From assembly GCA_050942825.1 (NCBI GenBank), contig JBMNOA010000002.1:4993-68992 (forward strand): a stretch of DNA of 64,000 bases, given 5' to 3'. The number at the start of each line of letters is the position of its first letter. Position 1 is the stretch's first letter. Of the stretch, positions 1 through 12,290 are shown in pieces. The notes beneath the pieces are model-generated. The model saw only the letters and a list, made by a program, of their open reading frames with translations, made no database searches and was not told the origin of the DNA. The DNA is from Bacillota bacterium (lineage in GTDB: Bacteria > Bacillota > Dehalobacteriia > UBA4068). A program made the position numbers and the translations under genes.

Positions 1-2668
1 TAAAAAGTTACAACACAATATTTTAAAAAGAATAAATGATGAGGGGAAAGTGTGGAGCGATGAGGCTCAGGCCTATATTGAAACAGAAACTTTGCCTAGT
101 CATAATGAATATATCCGCTATCTTTGCAAACCTGATATCATTGAAAGTATGCGTTATTTCTTGGAATTGATGGATGGTAAGCATGAAGCGGACGATATCG
201 ATCATTTAGGTAACCGCCGTTTACGTTCTGTAGGTGAACTTTTGCAGAATCAATTTCGTATTGGTCTTTCTCGTATGGAAAGGGTGGTACGGGAAAGAAT
301 GACCATTCAGGACGTGGAGGCGATTACTCCGCAGGTTTTAATCAATATACGCCCCGTGGTTGCTTCTATTAAAGAATTTTTTGGTTCCAGTCAGCTTTCT
401 CAATTCATGGATCAAACCAATCCTCTGGCGGAACTAACCCATAAACGCCGTCTCTCTGCACTTGGACCTGGCGGTCTTTCCAGAGAGAGGGCCGGCTTTG
501 AGGTGCGTGATGTTCACCACAGTCACTACGGCAGAATATGCCCTATTGAGACGCCTGAAGGCCCCAATATTGGTTTGATCGGCTCTCTTTCCACCTATGC
601 CAGAATCAATGAATTCGGTTTTATTGAAACGCCTTATCGGCTGGTAGTAGATAGGGTGGTTACTGATGAGATTCATTATCTATCTGCCGATGAGGAGGAC
701 AAGTATGTAATAGCTCAGGCTAGTGAGCTTCTCGATGAAAACGGACGTTTTATCAATGAACGCCTTAATGTCAGAAGAGGCCGTGATATTATGGTCGTTT
801 ATGCCGATGAGGTCCAGTATATCGATGTCAGCCCCAAACAGTTGGTCTCTGTGGCCACAGCTTTGATTCCTTTCTTGGAGCATGATGATGCTAACAGGGC
901 TCTAATGGGTGCCAATATGCAAAGGCAGGCCGTGCCGCTTTTGCGTGCAGAGGCTCCTTTTATCGGTACAGGTATGGAATACAAAGCCGCTATGGATTCT
1001 TTTGTGGGTGAAATGGCTTATCATGATGGGGTTATCGAAAGAGTTTGTGCTGATGAGATCATTTTGAGAACCGATGACGGAGAGCTGGAACATCATAAAT
1101 TATTGAAATTCCAACGTTCCAATCAAGGTACTTGCTGTAACCAAAAACCCATTGTTGAAAAAGGTCAAAGAGTAAAAGCCGGCGATCCCATCGCAGATGG
1201 TCCTTCTACCGATATGGGTGAATTGGCTTTAGGGCGTAATATATTGGTTGCCTTCATGACTTGGGAAGGCTATAACTACGAAGACGCTATCTTGCTCAGC
1301 GAAAAATTGGTTAAGGATGATTTTTTTACTTCTATTCATATTGAAGAATACGAATGTGATGCCCGCGATACCAAGTTGGGCCCCGAAGAAATCACCAGAG
1401 ATATACCAAATGTAGGTGAAGATGTCTTGAAAGATTTGGATGAAGAGGGCATCATTCGTATTGGTGCGGAAGTTCATCCCGGCGATATACTTGTTGGTAA
1501 AATTACTCCTAAAGGTGAGACCGAGCTAACAGCCGAAGAAAGGCTTTTAAGAGCTATCTTTGGGGAAAAAGCCAGAGAGGTAAGGGATACCTCTTTGCGT
1601 GTGCCCCATGGAGAGAACGGTAAGATCGTCGATGTTAAAGTATTTTCCCGAGAAAACGGCGATGAACTGGCTCCCGGAGTTAATAAACTGGTTCGCATCT
1701 ATATCGCACAAAAACGCAAAATATCGGTTGGTGATAAAATGGCCGGCCGACACGGCAATAAAGGGGTTGTCTCTCGCATACTGCCGGAAGAAGACATGCC
1801 TTTCTTGCCTGATGGTACACCTATAGAAATAGTTTTGAATCCTCTAGGGGTTCCCTCCCGTATGAATATTGGTCAGGTTTTGGAATGCCACTTGGGTTGG
1901 GCAGCCAAAAATTTAGGTATCTATATTGCCACTCCTGTATTTGATGGTGCTACAGAGGAGCATATTACCGATATTCTGAAAGAAGCGGGAATGCCTCCGG
2001 ACGGTAAAATGACTCTTTATGATGGCCGTACAGGCCTGCCTTTCGATAATAAGATTACAGCTGGTTATATATATATGCTTAAACTGGCTCACTTAGTTGA
2101 TGATAAGATTCATGCCCGTTCTACTGGTCCCTATTCCCTTGTTACTCAGCAGCCTTTGGGCGGCAAAGCGCAATTTGGTGGTCAACGTTTCGGCGAGATG
2201 GAAGTATGGGCTTTGGAAGCCTATGGTGCTGCCTATACCTTGCAGGAAATACTCACAGTAAAATCCGATGATATCGTCGGCCGCGTCAAAACTTATGAGG
2301 CGATAGTAAAAGGTGAAAATATTCCCGAGCCCGGCGTTCCGGAATCCTTCAAAGTTTTAATCAAAGAATTGCAAAGCCTTTGTCTTGATGTCAATGTCCT
2401 TACTGAAGAAAATGAGATTATCGAAATACTTGAGGATGAAGATGATGTGGTGGAAACAGCTAAAGAGCTGGGATTAGATATGGTCATTGATGCAGAAAAG
2501 GAAGCTGAGAAGCCGCATAATGAATATGAAGAGGATTTGGCCGATGAAATATTTGAAGAAGATGATATAGAAATAGACCTTAGTCATTTGCAGACGGCCA
2601 GACCTGAAATATTGGATGAAGATGAAGGAATGAATATAGGGTTCGACGATGATAATGATTTCGCTTGA
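1..2668 (+). CDS. rpoB: DNA-directed RNA polymerase subunit beta; 5' end lies outside the window; long acidic C-terminal tail
   Basis: ORF 50..2668 continues in frame to the window edge; the conserved RpoB C-terminal half is recognisable (motifs [68 protein letters not shown]); rpoC follows. Confidence 0.97.
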   Translation, partial: KKLQHNILKRINDEGKVWSDEAQAYIETETLPSHNEYIRYLCKPDIIESMRYFLELMDGKHEADDIDHLGNRRLRSVGELLQNQFRIGLSRMERVVRERMTIQDVEAITPQVLINIRPVVASIKEFFGSSQLSQFMDQTNPLAELTHKRRLSALGPGGLSRERAGFEVRDVHHSHYGRICPIETPEGPNIGLIGSLSTYARINEFGFIETPYRLVVDRVVTDEIHYLSADEEDKYVIAQASELLDENGRFINERLNVRRGRDIMVVYADEVQYIDVSPKQLVSVATALIPFLEHDDANRALMGANMQRQAVPLLRAEAPFIGTGMEYKAAMDSFVGEMAYHDGVIERVCADEIILRTDDGELEHHKLLKFQRSNQGTCCNQKPIVEKGQRVKAGDPIADGPSTDMGELALGRNILVAFMTWEGYNYEDAILLSEKLVKDDFFTSIHIEEYECDARDTKLGPEEITRDIPNVGEDVLKDLDEEGIIRIGAEVHPGDILVGKITPKGETELTAEERLLRAIFGEKAREVRDTSLRVPHGENGKIVDVKVFSRENGDELAPGVNKLVRIYIAQKRKISVGDKMAGRHGNKGVVSRILPEEDMPFLPDGTPIEIVLNPLGVPSRMNIGQVLECHLGWAAKNLGIYIATPVFDGATEEHITDILKEAGMPPDGKMTLYDGRTGLPFDNKITAGYIYMLKLAHLVDDKIHARSTGPYSLVTQQPLGGKAQFGGQRFGEMEVWALEAYGAAYTLQEILTVKSDDIVGRVKTYEAIVKGENIPEPGVPESFKVLIKELQSLCLDVNVLTEENEIIEILEDEDDVVETAKELGLDMVIDAEKEAEKPHNEYEEDLADEIFEEDDIEIDLSHLQTARPEILDEDEGMNIGFDDDNDFA

Positions 2669-2722
2669 TGCTAAACATGAGCAAACCCGATAGTTTTAGA
2701 TAAAAGAAGGGAGAGAAGCTCT

Positions 2723-5700
2723 TTGTTGGATGTCAGCAATTTTGATAGAATGAGAATTGGTCTGTCTTCGCCAGAACAGATCGAGGAATGGTCTCATGGT
2801 GAAGTGAAAAAACCGGAAACAATCAATTACCGCACACTAAAACCTGAACGTGATGGGCTTTTTTGTGAAAGGATCTTCGGTCCCACCAGAGACTGGGAAT
2901 GCCATTGCGGTAAATATAAACGTGTGCGTTATAAAGGTATAATTTGTGATCGCTGCGGTGTTGAGGTAACGAGAGCTAAAGTTCGCCGTGAGCGTTTGGG
3001 TCATATCAAATTGGCTACTCCTGTGTCACATATTTGGTATTTTAAAGGCATACCAAGCAGGATAGGCCTATTATTAGATATTTCTCCGCGCAATTTGGAA
3101 AAAGTTCTCTATTTTGTTTCCTATATTGTTCTGGATCCGGGTGAAACCTCTCTTTCACCTATGCAATTGCTCACTGAGACGGAATATAGAGAAGCTAGAG
3201 ATAAATACGGTGATAGCTTTACAGCAGGCATGGGCGCCGAAGCTATAAGAAAAATGCTCATGAGTCTGGATTTGCCTAAATTGGCTGATGAATTACGTCA
3301 GGAATTAAAAGAAGTAAGCGGACAGAGGAAAATTAGAGCGATCCGCCGTTTAGAAGTGGTTGAGGCATTTTTGATGTCCGGTAATAAACCGGAATGGATG
3401 ATTTTGAGCGTTCTGCCGGTTATTCCGCCGGAATTGCGTCCTATGGTTCAATTGGATGGCGGACGTTTTGCTACCTCTGATCTTAATGACCTTTATCGTA
3501 GAGTTATCAACCGCAATAATCGCCTCAAACGTTTATTGGATTTGGGCGCTCCTGATATTATTGTCAGAAATGAAAAAAGAATGTTGCAGGAGGCAGTAGA
3601 TGCCCTTATTGATAACGGCCGCCGCGGCCGCCCTGTGACAGGGCCGGGCAACCGTCCTTTGAAATCTCTTTCCGATATGTTGAAAGGTAAACAAGGCCGT
3701 TTCCGTCAGAACTTGTTGGGTAAAAGGGTCGATTATTCTGGACGTTCGGTTATTGTTGTTGGACCGGAACTGAAATTTCATCAATGCGGATTGCCTAAAG
3801 AAATGGCTTTAGAGTTATTTAAGCCTTTTGTGATGAAACGCTTGGTGCATGATGGCCATGCGCATAATATCAAAAATGCTAAAAGAATGGTAGAGCGTGT
3901 GCGCCCTGAGGTTTGGGATGTTTTGGAAGATGTGATTCGCGATCATCCGGTTTTGTTGAACCGCGCACCAACCCTGCACCGTTTGGGGATTCAGGCTTTT
4001 GAACCAGTTTTGGTTGAAGGCCGTGCCCTGCAGATCCATCCTTTGGTTTGTACGGCATATAACGCTGACTTTGATGGTGACCAAATGGCAGTACACGTTC
4101 CTCTTTCTGCCGAGGCGCAGGCAGAGGCCAGAGTGTTGATGCTTTCTTCTCATAATATTTTGAATCCTAAGGATGGACGACCAGTAGCCACGCCAACACA
4201 GGATATGGTTTTGGGTTCCTACTATCTTACCATTACCAAAGAGGGCGATAAGGGTGAAGGAAAAGTTTTTGCTTCTTATAATGAGGCCCATCGTGCTTAT
4301 CTTAATGGTGATGTTTCCTTGCATGCCATGATTTATGTACCTAAGCCCGATAGATGGGATACTATCTGGCTTAGTCAAGATAAGGAAACCCCTTTTGAGC
4401 AATATGCTGATGGTCGTTATAAGCGTTTTGCTACTACAGTTGGACGTTTAATATTTAATTACGAAATTCCCATGCCAAGTGAAATGGGGTATTTCAATGA
4501 TTGCGTAAATAAAAAAGTACTTGGCCAGATTGTTGACCGTTGTTATCGCAGAATGGGAGTTTATGATACGGCAACCTTGTTAGACGGTATCAAATCTGTG
4601 GGCTTTAAATACTCTACTCAGGCCGGTATTACCATTGGTATTGACGATATTCAGGTTCCTGAAAGTAAAAAGGATATCATGAAAAATGCGGAAGATAAGA
4701 TCCTTGTGATCGAGGATCAATACCAAAATGGTTTAATTAATGAAAATGACCGATATTATAGTACCATTGAGGTTTGGAACAAAGCCACGGAAGATGTAAC
4801 AAAAGCCCTGATGAGCAATTTGGATAAATTTAATCCTATCTTCATGATGGCTAATTCCGGAGCTCGTGGTAATGTTCAACAAATCCGTCAATTGGCAGGC
4901 GCTAGGGGGTTGATGGCTGATCCCTCCGGTAGAATCATCGACTTGCCGATCAAAGCTAATTTCCGTGAAGGCTTGACAGTTTTAGAATTCTTCATCTCTA
5001 CTCACGGAGCCAGGAAAGGTTTGGCCGATACAGCTTTGCGTACTGCTGACTCTGGTTATTTGACACGACGTCTGGTTGATGTTGCTCAAGATGTGATCGT
5101 CAGGGAAGACGATTGTGGTGATAATCGTGGTATTTGGGTTGAAGAGATTAAAGATGTGGAAAATATCGCCGAACGTATTGAAGGCCGTGTTTTGAACACA
5201 GAAGTTGTTAATGTAGAAACGGGTGAAATTATTGCCCGATCCGGTCAATTTCTTGATTCCGATACGTCTATGGCTATAGAGAAATATTTGCATACTCGTC
5301 CGCAAGGAGAACGCAGGGTAAATATTCGTGCAGTTTTGACTTGCCGCACCCGACATGGTGTTTGCCGTAAATGTTATGGCCGCAATTTAGCCACTGGAGA
5401 AATAGTGGATATAGGCGAGGCAGTTGGTATTATTGCTGCTCAATCTATTGGTGAACCTGGTACCCAGCTGACGATGAGAACCTTCCACACCGGTGGTGTC
5501 GCCGGTGAGGATATTACTCAAGGTTTGCCGCGTGTTGAAGAGCTTTTTGAAGCACGTAAACCAAAAGGATTGGGTATAATTGCTGAGGCTGATGGTATTA
5601 TCTCTATAGGTGAAAACAAGGGCCGTCGTGAAGTGCTCATCAAAGGTGAAGGGGAAAATGCTGCTCAGATATTGGCAGAGTATCATGTTTCTTATGGCTC

Positions 5701-6367
5701 TACCCTAAAAGTCCATGATGGACAAAAAGTCGAGGCTGGAGATGAATTGACCGAAGGTTCCATAAATCCTCATGATTTATTGAATGTCAAAGGTATCCGC
5801 GGTGTACAAATGTACCTCTTGCGGGAAGTTCAAAGAGTATATCGCCTGCAAGGTGTTGATATCAATGATAAGCATATTGAGGTTATAGTAAGGCAAATGC
5901 TCAAAAAGGTCAAAGTGGAGGATGCCGGCAATACCAGGCTTTTGCCCGGATCTTTGGTTGATGTGTTTGAATTTGATCAGGTCAATGAAGATGCGATAGC
6001 CGAAGGTAAGGAACCGGCTACCGGTAAACCAGTTCTTTTGGGTATTACCAAAGCTTCTTTAGCTACTGATTCTTTCCTCTCTGCAGCCTCCTTCCAGGAA
6101 ACTACCAGAGTTTTAACTGATGCGGCTATTAAAGGTAAAATAGATCCCTTGCTGGGTTTGAAAGAGAATGTTATTATTGGCAAACTTATTCCTGCCGGAA
6201 CAGGTCTTTCTCGTTATAATAATGTAATTTTGACTAATCCTGATGAAAATGTAAAGCCCGAGGAAGACTACCATAATAACGAAGTGAATGATGATTTTGA
6301 TGATGTTAGTTGCACAATGGCCCACCAGGATGCATTGGTAGGCTTGATGGATTTGGATGTTGATTAA
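2723..6367 (+). CDS. rpoC: DNA-directed RNA polymerase subunit beta'
   Basis: 1214 aa from a TTG start; N-terminal Zn-finger [23 protein letters not shown], catalytic NADFDGD motif; sits immediately after rpoB. Confidence 0.97.
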   Translation: MLDVSNFDRMRIGLSSPEQIEEWSHGEVKKPETINYRTLKPERDGLFCERIFGPTRDWECHCGKYKRVRYKGIICDRCGVEVTRAKVRRERLGHIKLATPVSHIWYFKGIPSRIGLLLDISPRNLEKVLYFVSYIVLDPGETSLSPMQLLTETEYREARDKYGDSFTAGMGAEAIRKMLMSLDLPKLADELRQELKEVSGQRKIRAIRRLEVVEAFLMSGNKPEWMILSVLPVIPPELRPMVQLDGGRFATSDLNDLYRRVINRNNRLKRLLDLGAPDIIVRNEKRMLQEAVDALIDNGRRGRPVTGPGNRPLKSLSDMLKGKQGRFRQNLLGKRVDYSGRSVIVVGPELKFHQCGLPKEMALELFKPFVMKRLVHDGHAHNIKNAKRMVERVRPEVWDVLEDVIRDHPVLLNRAPTLHRLGIQAFEPVLVEGRALQIHPLVCTAYNADFDGDQMAVHVPLSAEAQAEARVLMLSSHNILNPKDGRPVATPTQDMVLGSYYLTITKEGDKGEGKVFASYNEAHRAYLNGDVSLHAMIYVPKPDRWDTIWLSQDKETPFEQYADGRYKRFATTVGRLIFNYEIPMPSEMGYFNDCVNKKVLGQIVDRCYRRMGVYDTATLLDGIKSVGFKYSTQAGITIGIDDIQVPESKKDIMKNAEDKILVIEDQYQNGLINENDRYYSTIEVWNKATEDVTKALMSNLDKFNPIFMMANSGARGNVQQIRQLAGARGLMADPSGRIIDLPIKANFREGLTVLEFFISTHGARKGLADTALRTADSGYLTRRLVDVAQDVIVREDDCGDNRGIWVEEIKDVENIAERIEGRVLNTEVVNVETGEIIARSGQFLDSDTSMAIEKYLHTRPQGERRVNIRAVLTCRTRHGVCRKCYGRNLATGEIVDIGEAVGIIAAQSIGEPGTQLTMRTFHTGGVAGEDITQGLPRVEELFEARKPKGLGIIAEADGIISIGENKGRREVLIKGEGENAAQILAEYHVSYGSTLKVHDGQKVEAGDELTEGSINPHDLLNVKGIRGVQMYLLREVQRVYRLQGVDINDKHIEVIVRQMLKKVKVEDAGNTRLLPGSLVDVFEFDQVNEDAIAEGKEPATGKPVLLGITKASLATDSFLSAASFQETTRVLTDAAIKGKIDPLLGLKENVIIGKLIPAGTGLSRYNNVILTNPDENVKPEEDYHNNEVNDDFDDVSCTMAHQDALVGLMDLDVD

Positions 6368-6380
6368 GTTATTAATAAAT

Positions 6381-6420
6381 CAAGCAAATACATGCTATTA
6401 TCAGGGCATGTATTTGCTTG
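6381..6420. promoter_or_regulatory. 15-bp perfect inverted-repeat stem-loop (CAAGCAAATACATGC/GCATGTATTTGCTTG, 10-nt loop) between rpoC and the ybxF-rpsL operon; no U-tract follows
   Basis: The two arms were read directly from the sequence; the downstream arm overlaps a TTGACA -35 hexamer. Confidence 0.6.
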
Positions 6421-6446
6421 ACATGTATAGAAAATAGTGATAAAAT
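6418..6446 (+). promoter_or_regulatory. Sigma-A-type promoter (TTGACA-17nt-TAAAAT) for the ybxF-rpsL-rpsG-fusA-tuf operon
   Basis: Hexamers and a 17-nt spacer read from the sequence, about 30 nt upstream of the ybxF-like start. Confidence 0.5.
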
Positions 6447-6474
6447 ATTCTGGACTGCTATCTTGGGAGGGTTT

Positions 6475-6726
6475 GTGTTGTATACCCATTACTTAGCCAG
6501 TACAAAAAAAACTGTCGGTATCAGACAAACTATGAAAGCAATTGAAAAAGGACTGGCAGATAAGGTTTTTATTGCTAAAGATGCCGAAAAACGTGTGGTT
6601 TTGCCTGTAATCAATGCTTGCCAAAACAAAGGTATTTCCATAGTTGAAGTGGAAACGATGTCAGAGCTAGGAAAGGCCTGCTCTGTACAAGTTTTGACAG
6701 CTGTTGCGGCTTGTTTGAAAGAATAA
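6475..6726 (+). CDS. ybxF: Ribosome-associated L7Ae-family protein (YbxF-like)
   Basis: GTG start 6 nt after a GGGAGG RBS; ~83 aa matching the L7Ae/YbxF fold (KKTVGIRQTMKAIEKG...MSELGKACSV); located between rpoC and rpsL as in Bacillus. Confidence 0.8.
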   Translation: MLYTHYLASTKKTVGIRQTMKAIEKGLADKVFIAKDAEKRVVLPVINACQNKGISIVEVETMSELGKACSVQVLTAVAACLKE

Positions 6727-6777
6727 AATTTTGTATTTATATATGTTTTTTATTTTTTCGGAAGGAGGTGTACTGTT

Positions 6778-7164
6778 TTGCCTACCATTAATCAGCTAGT
6801 AAGACAACGGAGAGATGTAATAACCAAAAAATCTACAGCTCCCGCCTTGAAAGAATGTCCGCAAAAAAGAGGCGTTTGTACTAGGGTTTATACTACAACC
6901 CCTAAAAAACCAAACTCTGCTTTGCGTAAAGTGGCTCGTGTTCGTTTGACTCATGGTGTTGAGGTTACTGCTTATATCCCGGGCATTGGTCATAATCTTC
7001 AAGAACACTCTGTTACTTTAGTTCGTGGTGGCAGGGTTAAAGATATTCCCGGTGTTCGTTATCATATTGTTCGTGGTGCTTTGGATACCGCTGGTGTTGA
7101 AAATAGAGGTCAAGCCAGAAGTAAATACGGCGCTAAAAAACCAAAAACTAAGGCTAAAAGCTAA
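6778..7164 (+). CDS. rpsL: 30S ribosomal protein S12
   Basis: TTG start with a GGAAGGAGGTG RBS; PTINQLVR...[10 protein letters not shown]. Confidence 0.97.
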   Translation: MPTINQLVRQRRDVITKKSTAPALKECPQKRGVCTRVYTTTPKKPNSALRKVARVRLTHGVEVTAYIPGIGHNLQEHSVTLVRGGRVKDIPGVRYHIVRGALDTAGVENRGQARSKYGAKKPKTKAKS

Positions 7165-7199
7165 AATCATTTTTTTTAAAAGGGCAAGGGGGGAAGTAA

Positions 7200-7670
7200 A
7201 TGCCAAGGCGTGGCAATGTAGCAAAAATAGAAATTTTACCGGATCCGGTATACAATAGCATAGTTCTGACAAAATTTATCAACCAAATTATGTTGGATGG
7301 TAAAAAGGGCGTAGCTGAGTCTATCGTTTATGGTGCATTTGATATTATACGTGATAAATTAAGCAAGGACCCCATGGAAGTTTTTGATGAAGCTATGAAA
7401 AATGTTATGCCGGTTTTAGAAGTTAAAGCTCGTCGTGTTGGTGGTGCCAACTATCAGGTTCCTGTAGAAGTTCGTGCAGAAAGACGGCAAGCATTAGCTA
7501 TTCGCTGGCTGGTTATGTTTTCTAGAAAAAGAGCTGGCAAATCAATGCAAGAAAAACTAGCTGCCGAATTAATGGATGCAGCTAATAATATTGGTGCTTC
7601 TGTTAAAAAACGTGAAGACACACATAAAATGGCTGAAGCTAATAAAGCTTTTGCTCATTATCGTTGGTAG
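7200..7670 (+). CDS. rpsG: 30S ribosomal protein S7
   Basis: 156 aa; MPRRG...VYNS...; conserved position. Confidence 0.97.
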   Translation: MPRRGNVAKIEILPDPVYNSIVLTKFINQIMLDGKKGVAESIVYGAFDIIRDKLSKDPMEVFDEAMKNVMPVLEVKARRVGGANYQVPVEVRAERRQALAIRWLVMFSRKRAGKSMQEKLAAELMDAANNIGASVKKREDTHKMAEANKAFAHYRW

Positions 7671-7699
7671 TAAAAAAAGTAAATTACACGGAGGTTTTT

Positions 7700-9775
7700 A
7701 TGCCCAGGCGATTCCCTTTGGAAAAGGTAAGAAATATTGGTATTATGGCTCATATTGATGCCGGTAAAACAACTACGACTGAACGTATTCTTTTTTATAC
7801 TGGTCGTATTCACCGCCCAGGTGAAGTCCATGATGGCGCTGCCACCATGGATTTTATGGTGCAAGAGCAGGAAAGAGGTATCACAATTGCCTCTGCTGCG
7901 ACTACTTGCTTTTGGCGCAATCATCGTATTAATATTATTGACACACCCGGCCACGTTGACTTCACTGTAGAGGTCGAACGCTCTTTACGCGTATTGGACG
8001 GAGCAGTAGCCGTTTTTTGTTCTGTTGGTGGTGTTGAACCTCAGTCGGAGACCGTTTGGCGTCAGGCCGACCGTTATGGTGTACCCAGAATAGCTTATAT
8101 AAACAAAATGGATAGGGTCGGTGCGGATTTTTTCCGTGGCATGAGTATGATGAAAGATCGTTTGGGTGCTAATCCGATTGCTCTTCAATTGCCTATTGGC
8201 AGCGAAGAAAACTTCCATGGGATTATTGATCTCATAAAAATGGAAGCTAATATCTATTTGGATAGTGAAGGTAAGCAGATTGATATTCTTCCTATCCCTG
8301 ACAACATGATGGAGGATGCTCAGATTTACAGAGATAAGATTATCGAAGCTATTTCTGAACATGATGAAGAATTGGAATTAAAATATCTTGAGGGTGAAGA
8401 GTTTACACAGCAAGAAATTATAGCCGGCGTCAGAAAAGCTACTCTTGCTAATGCCTTTACCCCTGTTTTGTGTGGTTCCTCCTTTAAAAACAAGGGTGTT
8501 CAGCAATTGATGGATGCTATCATCGATTATCTTCCTTCTCCTATTGATGTTCCTGCCATCAAAGGAGTGAATGAAGATGGAGAAGAAGTCGAGAGAAAGT
8601 CTTCCGATGAGGAACCTTTTGCTGCCTTGGCTTTTAAAGTTGTGTCAGATCCTTATGTAGGTAAATTGACCTTCTTTAGAGTCTATTCTGGTGTTTTAAA
8701 AAGCGGTTCTTATATTTACAATAGCACAAAAGGCAAAAGAGAAAGGATTGGACGTATCCTGCAGATGCATGCTAATCACCGTGAAGAGATACAAGAAGCT
8801 TTTGCGGGTGATATCTTGGCTGCTGTTGGTCTTAAAGATACAACCACAGGAGACACGCTTTGCAATGAAGGCGATTTGGTGATCTTAGAATCTATGGATT
8901 TTCCCGATCCCGTTATCGATGTAGCTATAGAGCCAAAAACTACTGCTGATCAGGAAAAAATGGGTATTGCTTTGCAAAAGCTGTCTGAGGAGGATCCCAC
9001 TTTTAAAGTCAGAACTGATGCCGAAACCGGCCAGGTTTTGATAGCCGGTATGGGTGAGCTGCATCTGGAAATCATTGTTGACCGTTTGTTGCGTGAATTC
9101 AGAGTCGATGCCAATGTAGGTAAACCGCAGGTTGCGTATAAAGAAACCATACGTAAGCCCAGCAAAGGCGTGGGTAAATTTGTTCGTCAATCTGGTGGTC
9201 ATGGCCAATACGGTCATTGCGTGGTGGAATTTGAGCCGCAAGAACCAGGCACAGGATTTGTGTTCGAAAACAAGATTGTCGGCGGTGTGATTCCTAAAGA
9301 ATATATAGCACCTGTAGAGGCTGGTATCAAAGAGGCTATGGAAAACGGTATTATGGCAGGTTATCCTGTTGTGGATATCAAAGCAACTTTAGTTGATGGC
9401 TCTTACCATGAAGTGGATTCTTCAGAAGTTGCCTTCAAAGTTGCAGGTTCCCTAGCCTTCAAAGATGGTATGGCAAAAGCCAGTCCCGTTATTTTAGAAC
9501 CTATCTTTAAATTGGAAGTTGTTGTTCCTGATGAATATATGGGTGATGTTATCGGCGATTTGAACTCTCGCCGCGGCAAGATAGAAGGTATGGAGCCGAG
9601 AAATGGCTTGCAGACCATCAGGGGTTATGTTCCTCTGCTGGAAATGTTTGGATATGCTACTGATTTGCGTTCAAAAACGCAAGGCCGAGGCACTTATGTA
9701 ATGCAATTCTCCCATTATGATGAGGTGCCGAAAGGTATTGCCGAAAATATTGCCAATAAAAAGCAGAAAGCATAA
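7700..9775 (+). CDS. fusA: Elongation factor G
   Basis: ATG at 7700 after a GGAGG RBS (the ORF-track start at 7664 is an upstream in-frame extension); G-domain [21 protein letters not shown]. Confidence 0.96.
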   Translation: MPRRFPLEKVRNIGIMAHIDAGKTTTTERILFYTGRIHRPGEVHDGAATMDFMVQEQERGITIASAATTCFWRNHRINIIDTPGHVDFTVEVERSLRVLDGAVAVFCSVGGVEPQSETVWRQADRYGVPRIAYINKMDRVGADFFRGMSMMKDRLGANPIALQLPIGSEENFHGIIDLIKMEANIYLDSEGKQIDILPIPDNMMEDAQIYRDKIIEAISEHDEELELKYLEGEEFTQQEIIAGVRKATLANAFTPVLCGSSFKNKGVQQLMDAIIDYLPSPIDVPAIKGVNEDGEEVERKSSDEEPFAALAFKVVSDPYVGKLTFFRVYSGVLKSGSYIYNSTKGKRERIGRILQMHANHREEIQEAFAGDILAAVGLKDTTTGDTLCNEGDLVILESMDFPDPVIDVAIEPKTTADQEKMGIALQKLSEEDPTFKVRTDAETGQVLIAGMGELHLEIIVDRLLREFRVDANVGKPQVAYKETIRKPSKGVGKFVRQSGGHGQYGHCVVEFEPQEPGTGFVFENKIVGGVIPKEYIAPVEAGIKEAMENGIMAGYPVVDIKATLVDGSYHEVDSSEVAFKVAGSLAFKDGMAKASPVILEPIFKLEVVVPDEYMGDVIGDLNSRRGKIEGMEPRNGLQTIRGYVPLLEMFGYATDLRSKTQGRGTYVMQFSHYDEVPKGIAENIANKKQKA

Positions 9776-9843
9776 GATTGAGAAATTAGCTGTCTGCACT
9801 AATATAAAAAAGTAATTATTAATGATATTGGAGGGAAAATAAC

Positions 9844-11046
9844 ATGTCGAAACAAAAATTTGAGAGAACGAAGCCACACGTCAATATAGGTACAATTGGT
9901 CACGTAGACCATGGTAAAACGACCTTAACAGCGGCAATCACATTGTGCTTGTCCAAAGAAGGCGGTGCGGAAGTAAAAGCATATGATCAAATCGACGCAG
10001 CACCGGAAGAAAAAGCCCGTGGGATCACGATCAATACATCACATGTGGAATATGAAACAGCAAATCGGCACTATGCACATGTTGACTGTCCTGGTCACGC
10101 CGACTATGTTAAAAACATGATCACTGGTGCAGCACAAATGGACGGTGCAATCCTTGTTGTAAGTGCAGCAGACGGCCCGATGCCACAAACAAGAGAGCAT
10201 ATCTTGTTAGCACGGCAAGTAGGAGTACCTTATATCGTGGTATTTATGAATAAAGCAGACCAAGTAGACGATGCAGAGCTGCTTGAGTTGGTAGAAATGG
10301 AAATCAGGGAATTGTTGTCCGAGTATAATTTTCCGGGAGACGATACCCCTATCATTGCCGGATCAGCGCTTAAAGCCTTGCAATGCGGCTGTGGCGGCAA
10401 AGATTGCCCAGATTGCATGGCAATATGGAAATTAATGGATGCCGTAGATAGCTATATTCCTTCTCCTGAACGCGATAAAGATAAACCTTTCTTAATGCCG
10501 ATTGAAGACGTTTTCACGATCACAGGACGTGGTACAGTTGTAACAGGTCGTGTGGAAAGAGGACAAGTAAAAGTAGGAGATACTGTCCAAATAGTAGGAT
10601 TGGATGAAGAAAGCAAATCCACAGTAGTAACAGGCGTAGAAATGTTTAGAAAACTATTGGATTATGCAGAAGCCGGCGACAATATAGGTTGCTTGCTGAG
10701 AGGCGTGGAACGTAAAGAGGTAGAAAGAGGTCAAGTATTGGCCAAACCGAACAGCATCAACCCTTATACCAAATTCCAAGGCGAAGTATATGTGTTGACC
10801 AAAGAAGAAGGCGGTCGTCATACACCGTTCTTCAATGGTTACAGACCACAATTCTATTTCAGAACAACGGACGTAACCGGTGTAGCACATTTGCCGGAAG
10901 GCGTAGAAATGGTGATGCCGGGAGACAATATCCGTATGGATATCGAATTGATCACACCGATTGCTATTGAAGAAGGTTTGCGTTTTGCTATTCGTGAGGG
11001 TGGCAGAACTGTGGGCGCCGGTGTTGTTACAGCAGTTATAGAATAA
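9844..11046 (+). CDS. tuf: Elongation factor Tu, carrying an unusual Cys-rich insertion ([13 protein letters not shown]) in domain 1
   Basis: 400 aa; [22 protein letters not shown] motifs; insertion codons lie at about 10381-10419. Confidence 0.96.
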   Translation: MSKQKFERTKPHVNIGTIGHVDHGKTTLTAAITLCLSKEGGAEVKAYDQIDAAPEEKARGITINTSHVEYETANRHYAHVDCPGHADYVKNMITGAAQMDGAILVVSAADGPMPQTREHILLARQVGVPYIVVFMNKADQVDDAELLELVEMEIRELLSEYNFPGDDTPIIAGSALKALQCGCGGKDCPDCMAIWKLMDAVDSYIPSPERDKDKPFLMPIEDVFTITGRGTVVTGRVERGQVKVGDTVQIVGLDEESKSTVVTGVEMFRKLLDYAEAGDNIGCLLRGVERKEVERGQVLAKPNSINPYTKFQGEVYVLTKEEGGRHTPFFNGYRPQFYFRTTDVTGVAHLPEGVEMVMPGDNIRMDIELITPIAIEEGLRFAIREGGRTVGAGVVTAVIE

Positions 11047-11058
11047 TTTGTTTTACAA

Positions 11059-11097
11059 CCTTTATGTATGGGCGGGTTCTCTGCCCATACATAAAGG
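11059..11097 (+). promoter_or_regulatory. 15-bp perfect stem-loop (CCTTTATGTATGGGC/GCCCATACATAAAGG, 9-nt loop) directly after tuf; no U-tract follows; precedes a ~110-nt S10-operon leader
   Basis: Inverted repeat read from the sequence. Confidence 0.55.
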
Positions 11098-11209
11098 ATA
11101 TATAAATTGGACTGCGATGAAGCGGGAGGTTGCCACTTATGAGGACATAGTGGGTTTTTCCGTGGAGAATGTCCGTAAAATATGCGGGCGAAAAGGAGGT
11201 AAGTAAATA

Positions 11210-11518
11210 ATGGGTAGACAAAAAATTCGTATCAGACTTAAATCTTATGACCATAAACTTTTGGATCAATCGGCAGTAAAAATAGTGGAAACAGCGACGA
11301 GGTCGGGTGCTTCGGTATCGGGACCTATTCCGCTCCCTACCGAAAAAAATATCTACACTATCTTGCGTTCACCCCATGTGAATAAGGATTCCCGGGAACA
11401 ATTTGAAATGAGAACTCACAAGCGCCTCATTGATATAATCGATCCCACACCTAAAACTATGGATTCTCTGATCCGCATGGATTTACCAGCCGGAGTGGAT
11501 ATCGAGATCAAATTATAG
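11210..11518 (+). CDS. rpsJ: 30S ribosomal protein S10
   Basis: 102 aa; [21 protein letters not shown]. Confidence 0.97.
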   Translation: MGRQKIRIRLKSYDHKLLDQSAVKIVETATRSGASVSGPIPLPTEKNIYTILRSPHVNKDSREQFEMRTHKRLIDIIDPTPKTMDSLIRMDLPAGVDIEIKL

Positions 11519-11641
11519 ACGTTTGTTTTCTATATTATCTTCTGTGCTTTATAAACTATGGCACACCCGGAAACGTGTGCTTTACCCATAAGCTCCTAAT
11601 GTTGTTAGTAACTCAGAGCAAAATGAATGGAGGTGCGAAAT

Positions 11642-12271
11642 ATGCCGAAAGCGTTACTCGGCAAAAAAATAGGCATGACGCAAGTTTTTAGCCCGGAGGG
11701 TAAATTAATTCCGGTCACCGTCATTGCCGCCGGACCTTGCGTGGTGTCTCAGATTAAAACCACCGAGAACGAAGGTTATGAAGCTGTACAAATAGGCTTT
11801 GGAGCAAAAAAAGCTGTAAATGTAAATAAACCCGAAGCAGGTCATGCTAAAAAAGCAGACATTGCTCCTTGCCGTTATCTTAAGGAAGTGGAAGTTGATA
11901 ATATTGCAGATTATCAATTAGGGCAAGAAATAAAAGTCGATATTTTTAACGAAGGCGAAAAAATCGATGTAGTAGGTACATCTAAAGGTAAAGGTTTTGC
12001 AGGTAGTATTAAAAGATGGAATCATAGACGCGGCCCTATGGGCCATGGTTCCAAAAATCATCGCCGTCCTGCTTCTGCCGGAGCAAAAGGTCCTGCCCGT
12101 GTCTTTAAGGGCAAACGTTCCCCTGGCCGTATGGGTGGCGAAAGAGTTTCCATCCAAAATTTAGAAATAGTTAAAATAGACACAGAGCGCAATTTGTTGC
12201 TTGTAAAAGGCGCGGTTCCTGGCCCTTCTAAAGGAATGCTCCTTATCCGCAGCGCTGTTAAGTCTGTATAA
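11642..12271 (+). CDS. rplC: 50S ribosomal protein L3
   Basis: ATG at 11642 after a GGAGGTG RBS; [16 protein letters not shown]. Confidence 0.95.
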   Translation: MPKALLGKKIGMTQVFSPEGKLIPVTVIAAGPCVVSQIKTTENEGYEAVQIGFGAKKAVNVNKPEAGHAKKADIAPCRYLKEVEVDNIADYQLGQEIKVDIFNEGEKIDVVGTSKGKGFAGSIKRWNHRRGPMGHGSKNHRRPASAGAKGPARVFKGKRSPGRMGGERVSIQNLEIVKIDTERNLLLVKGAVPGPSKGMLLIRSAVKSV

Positions 12272-12290
12272 TTGGGAAAGGAGGGCAAAC

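Noticed and set aside
2400-2668. Highly acidic ~100-aa C-terminal tail of RpoB as a novel domain
   Set aside because: Acidic, low-complexity C-terminal extensions of beta subunits are common in Firmicutes (for example B. subtilis), so this was judged a normal lineage feature.
3815-4402. 195-aa minus-strand ORF inside rpoC (similar long antisense ORFs at 35352-36014 inside argC/argJ and 53466-54134 inside thrC)
   Set aside because: They lie antisense to strongly conserved housekeeping genes. They have no RBS and a low-complexity composition, so they are typical spurious reverse-frame ORFs.
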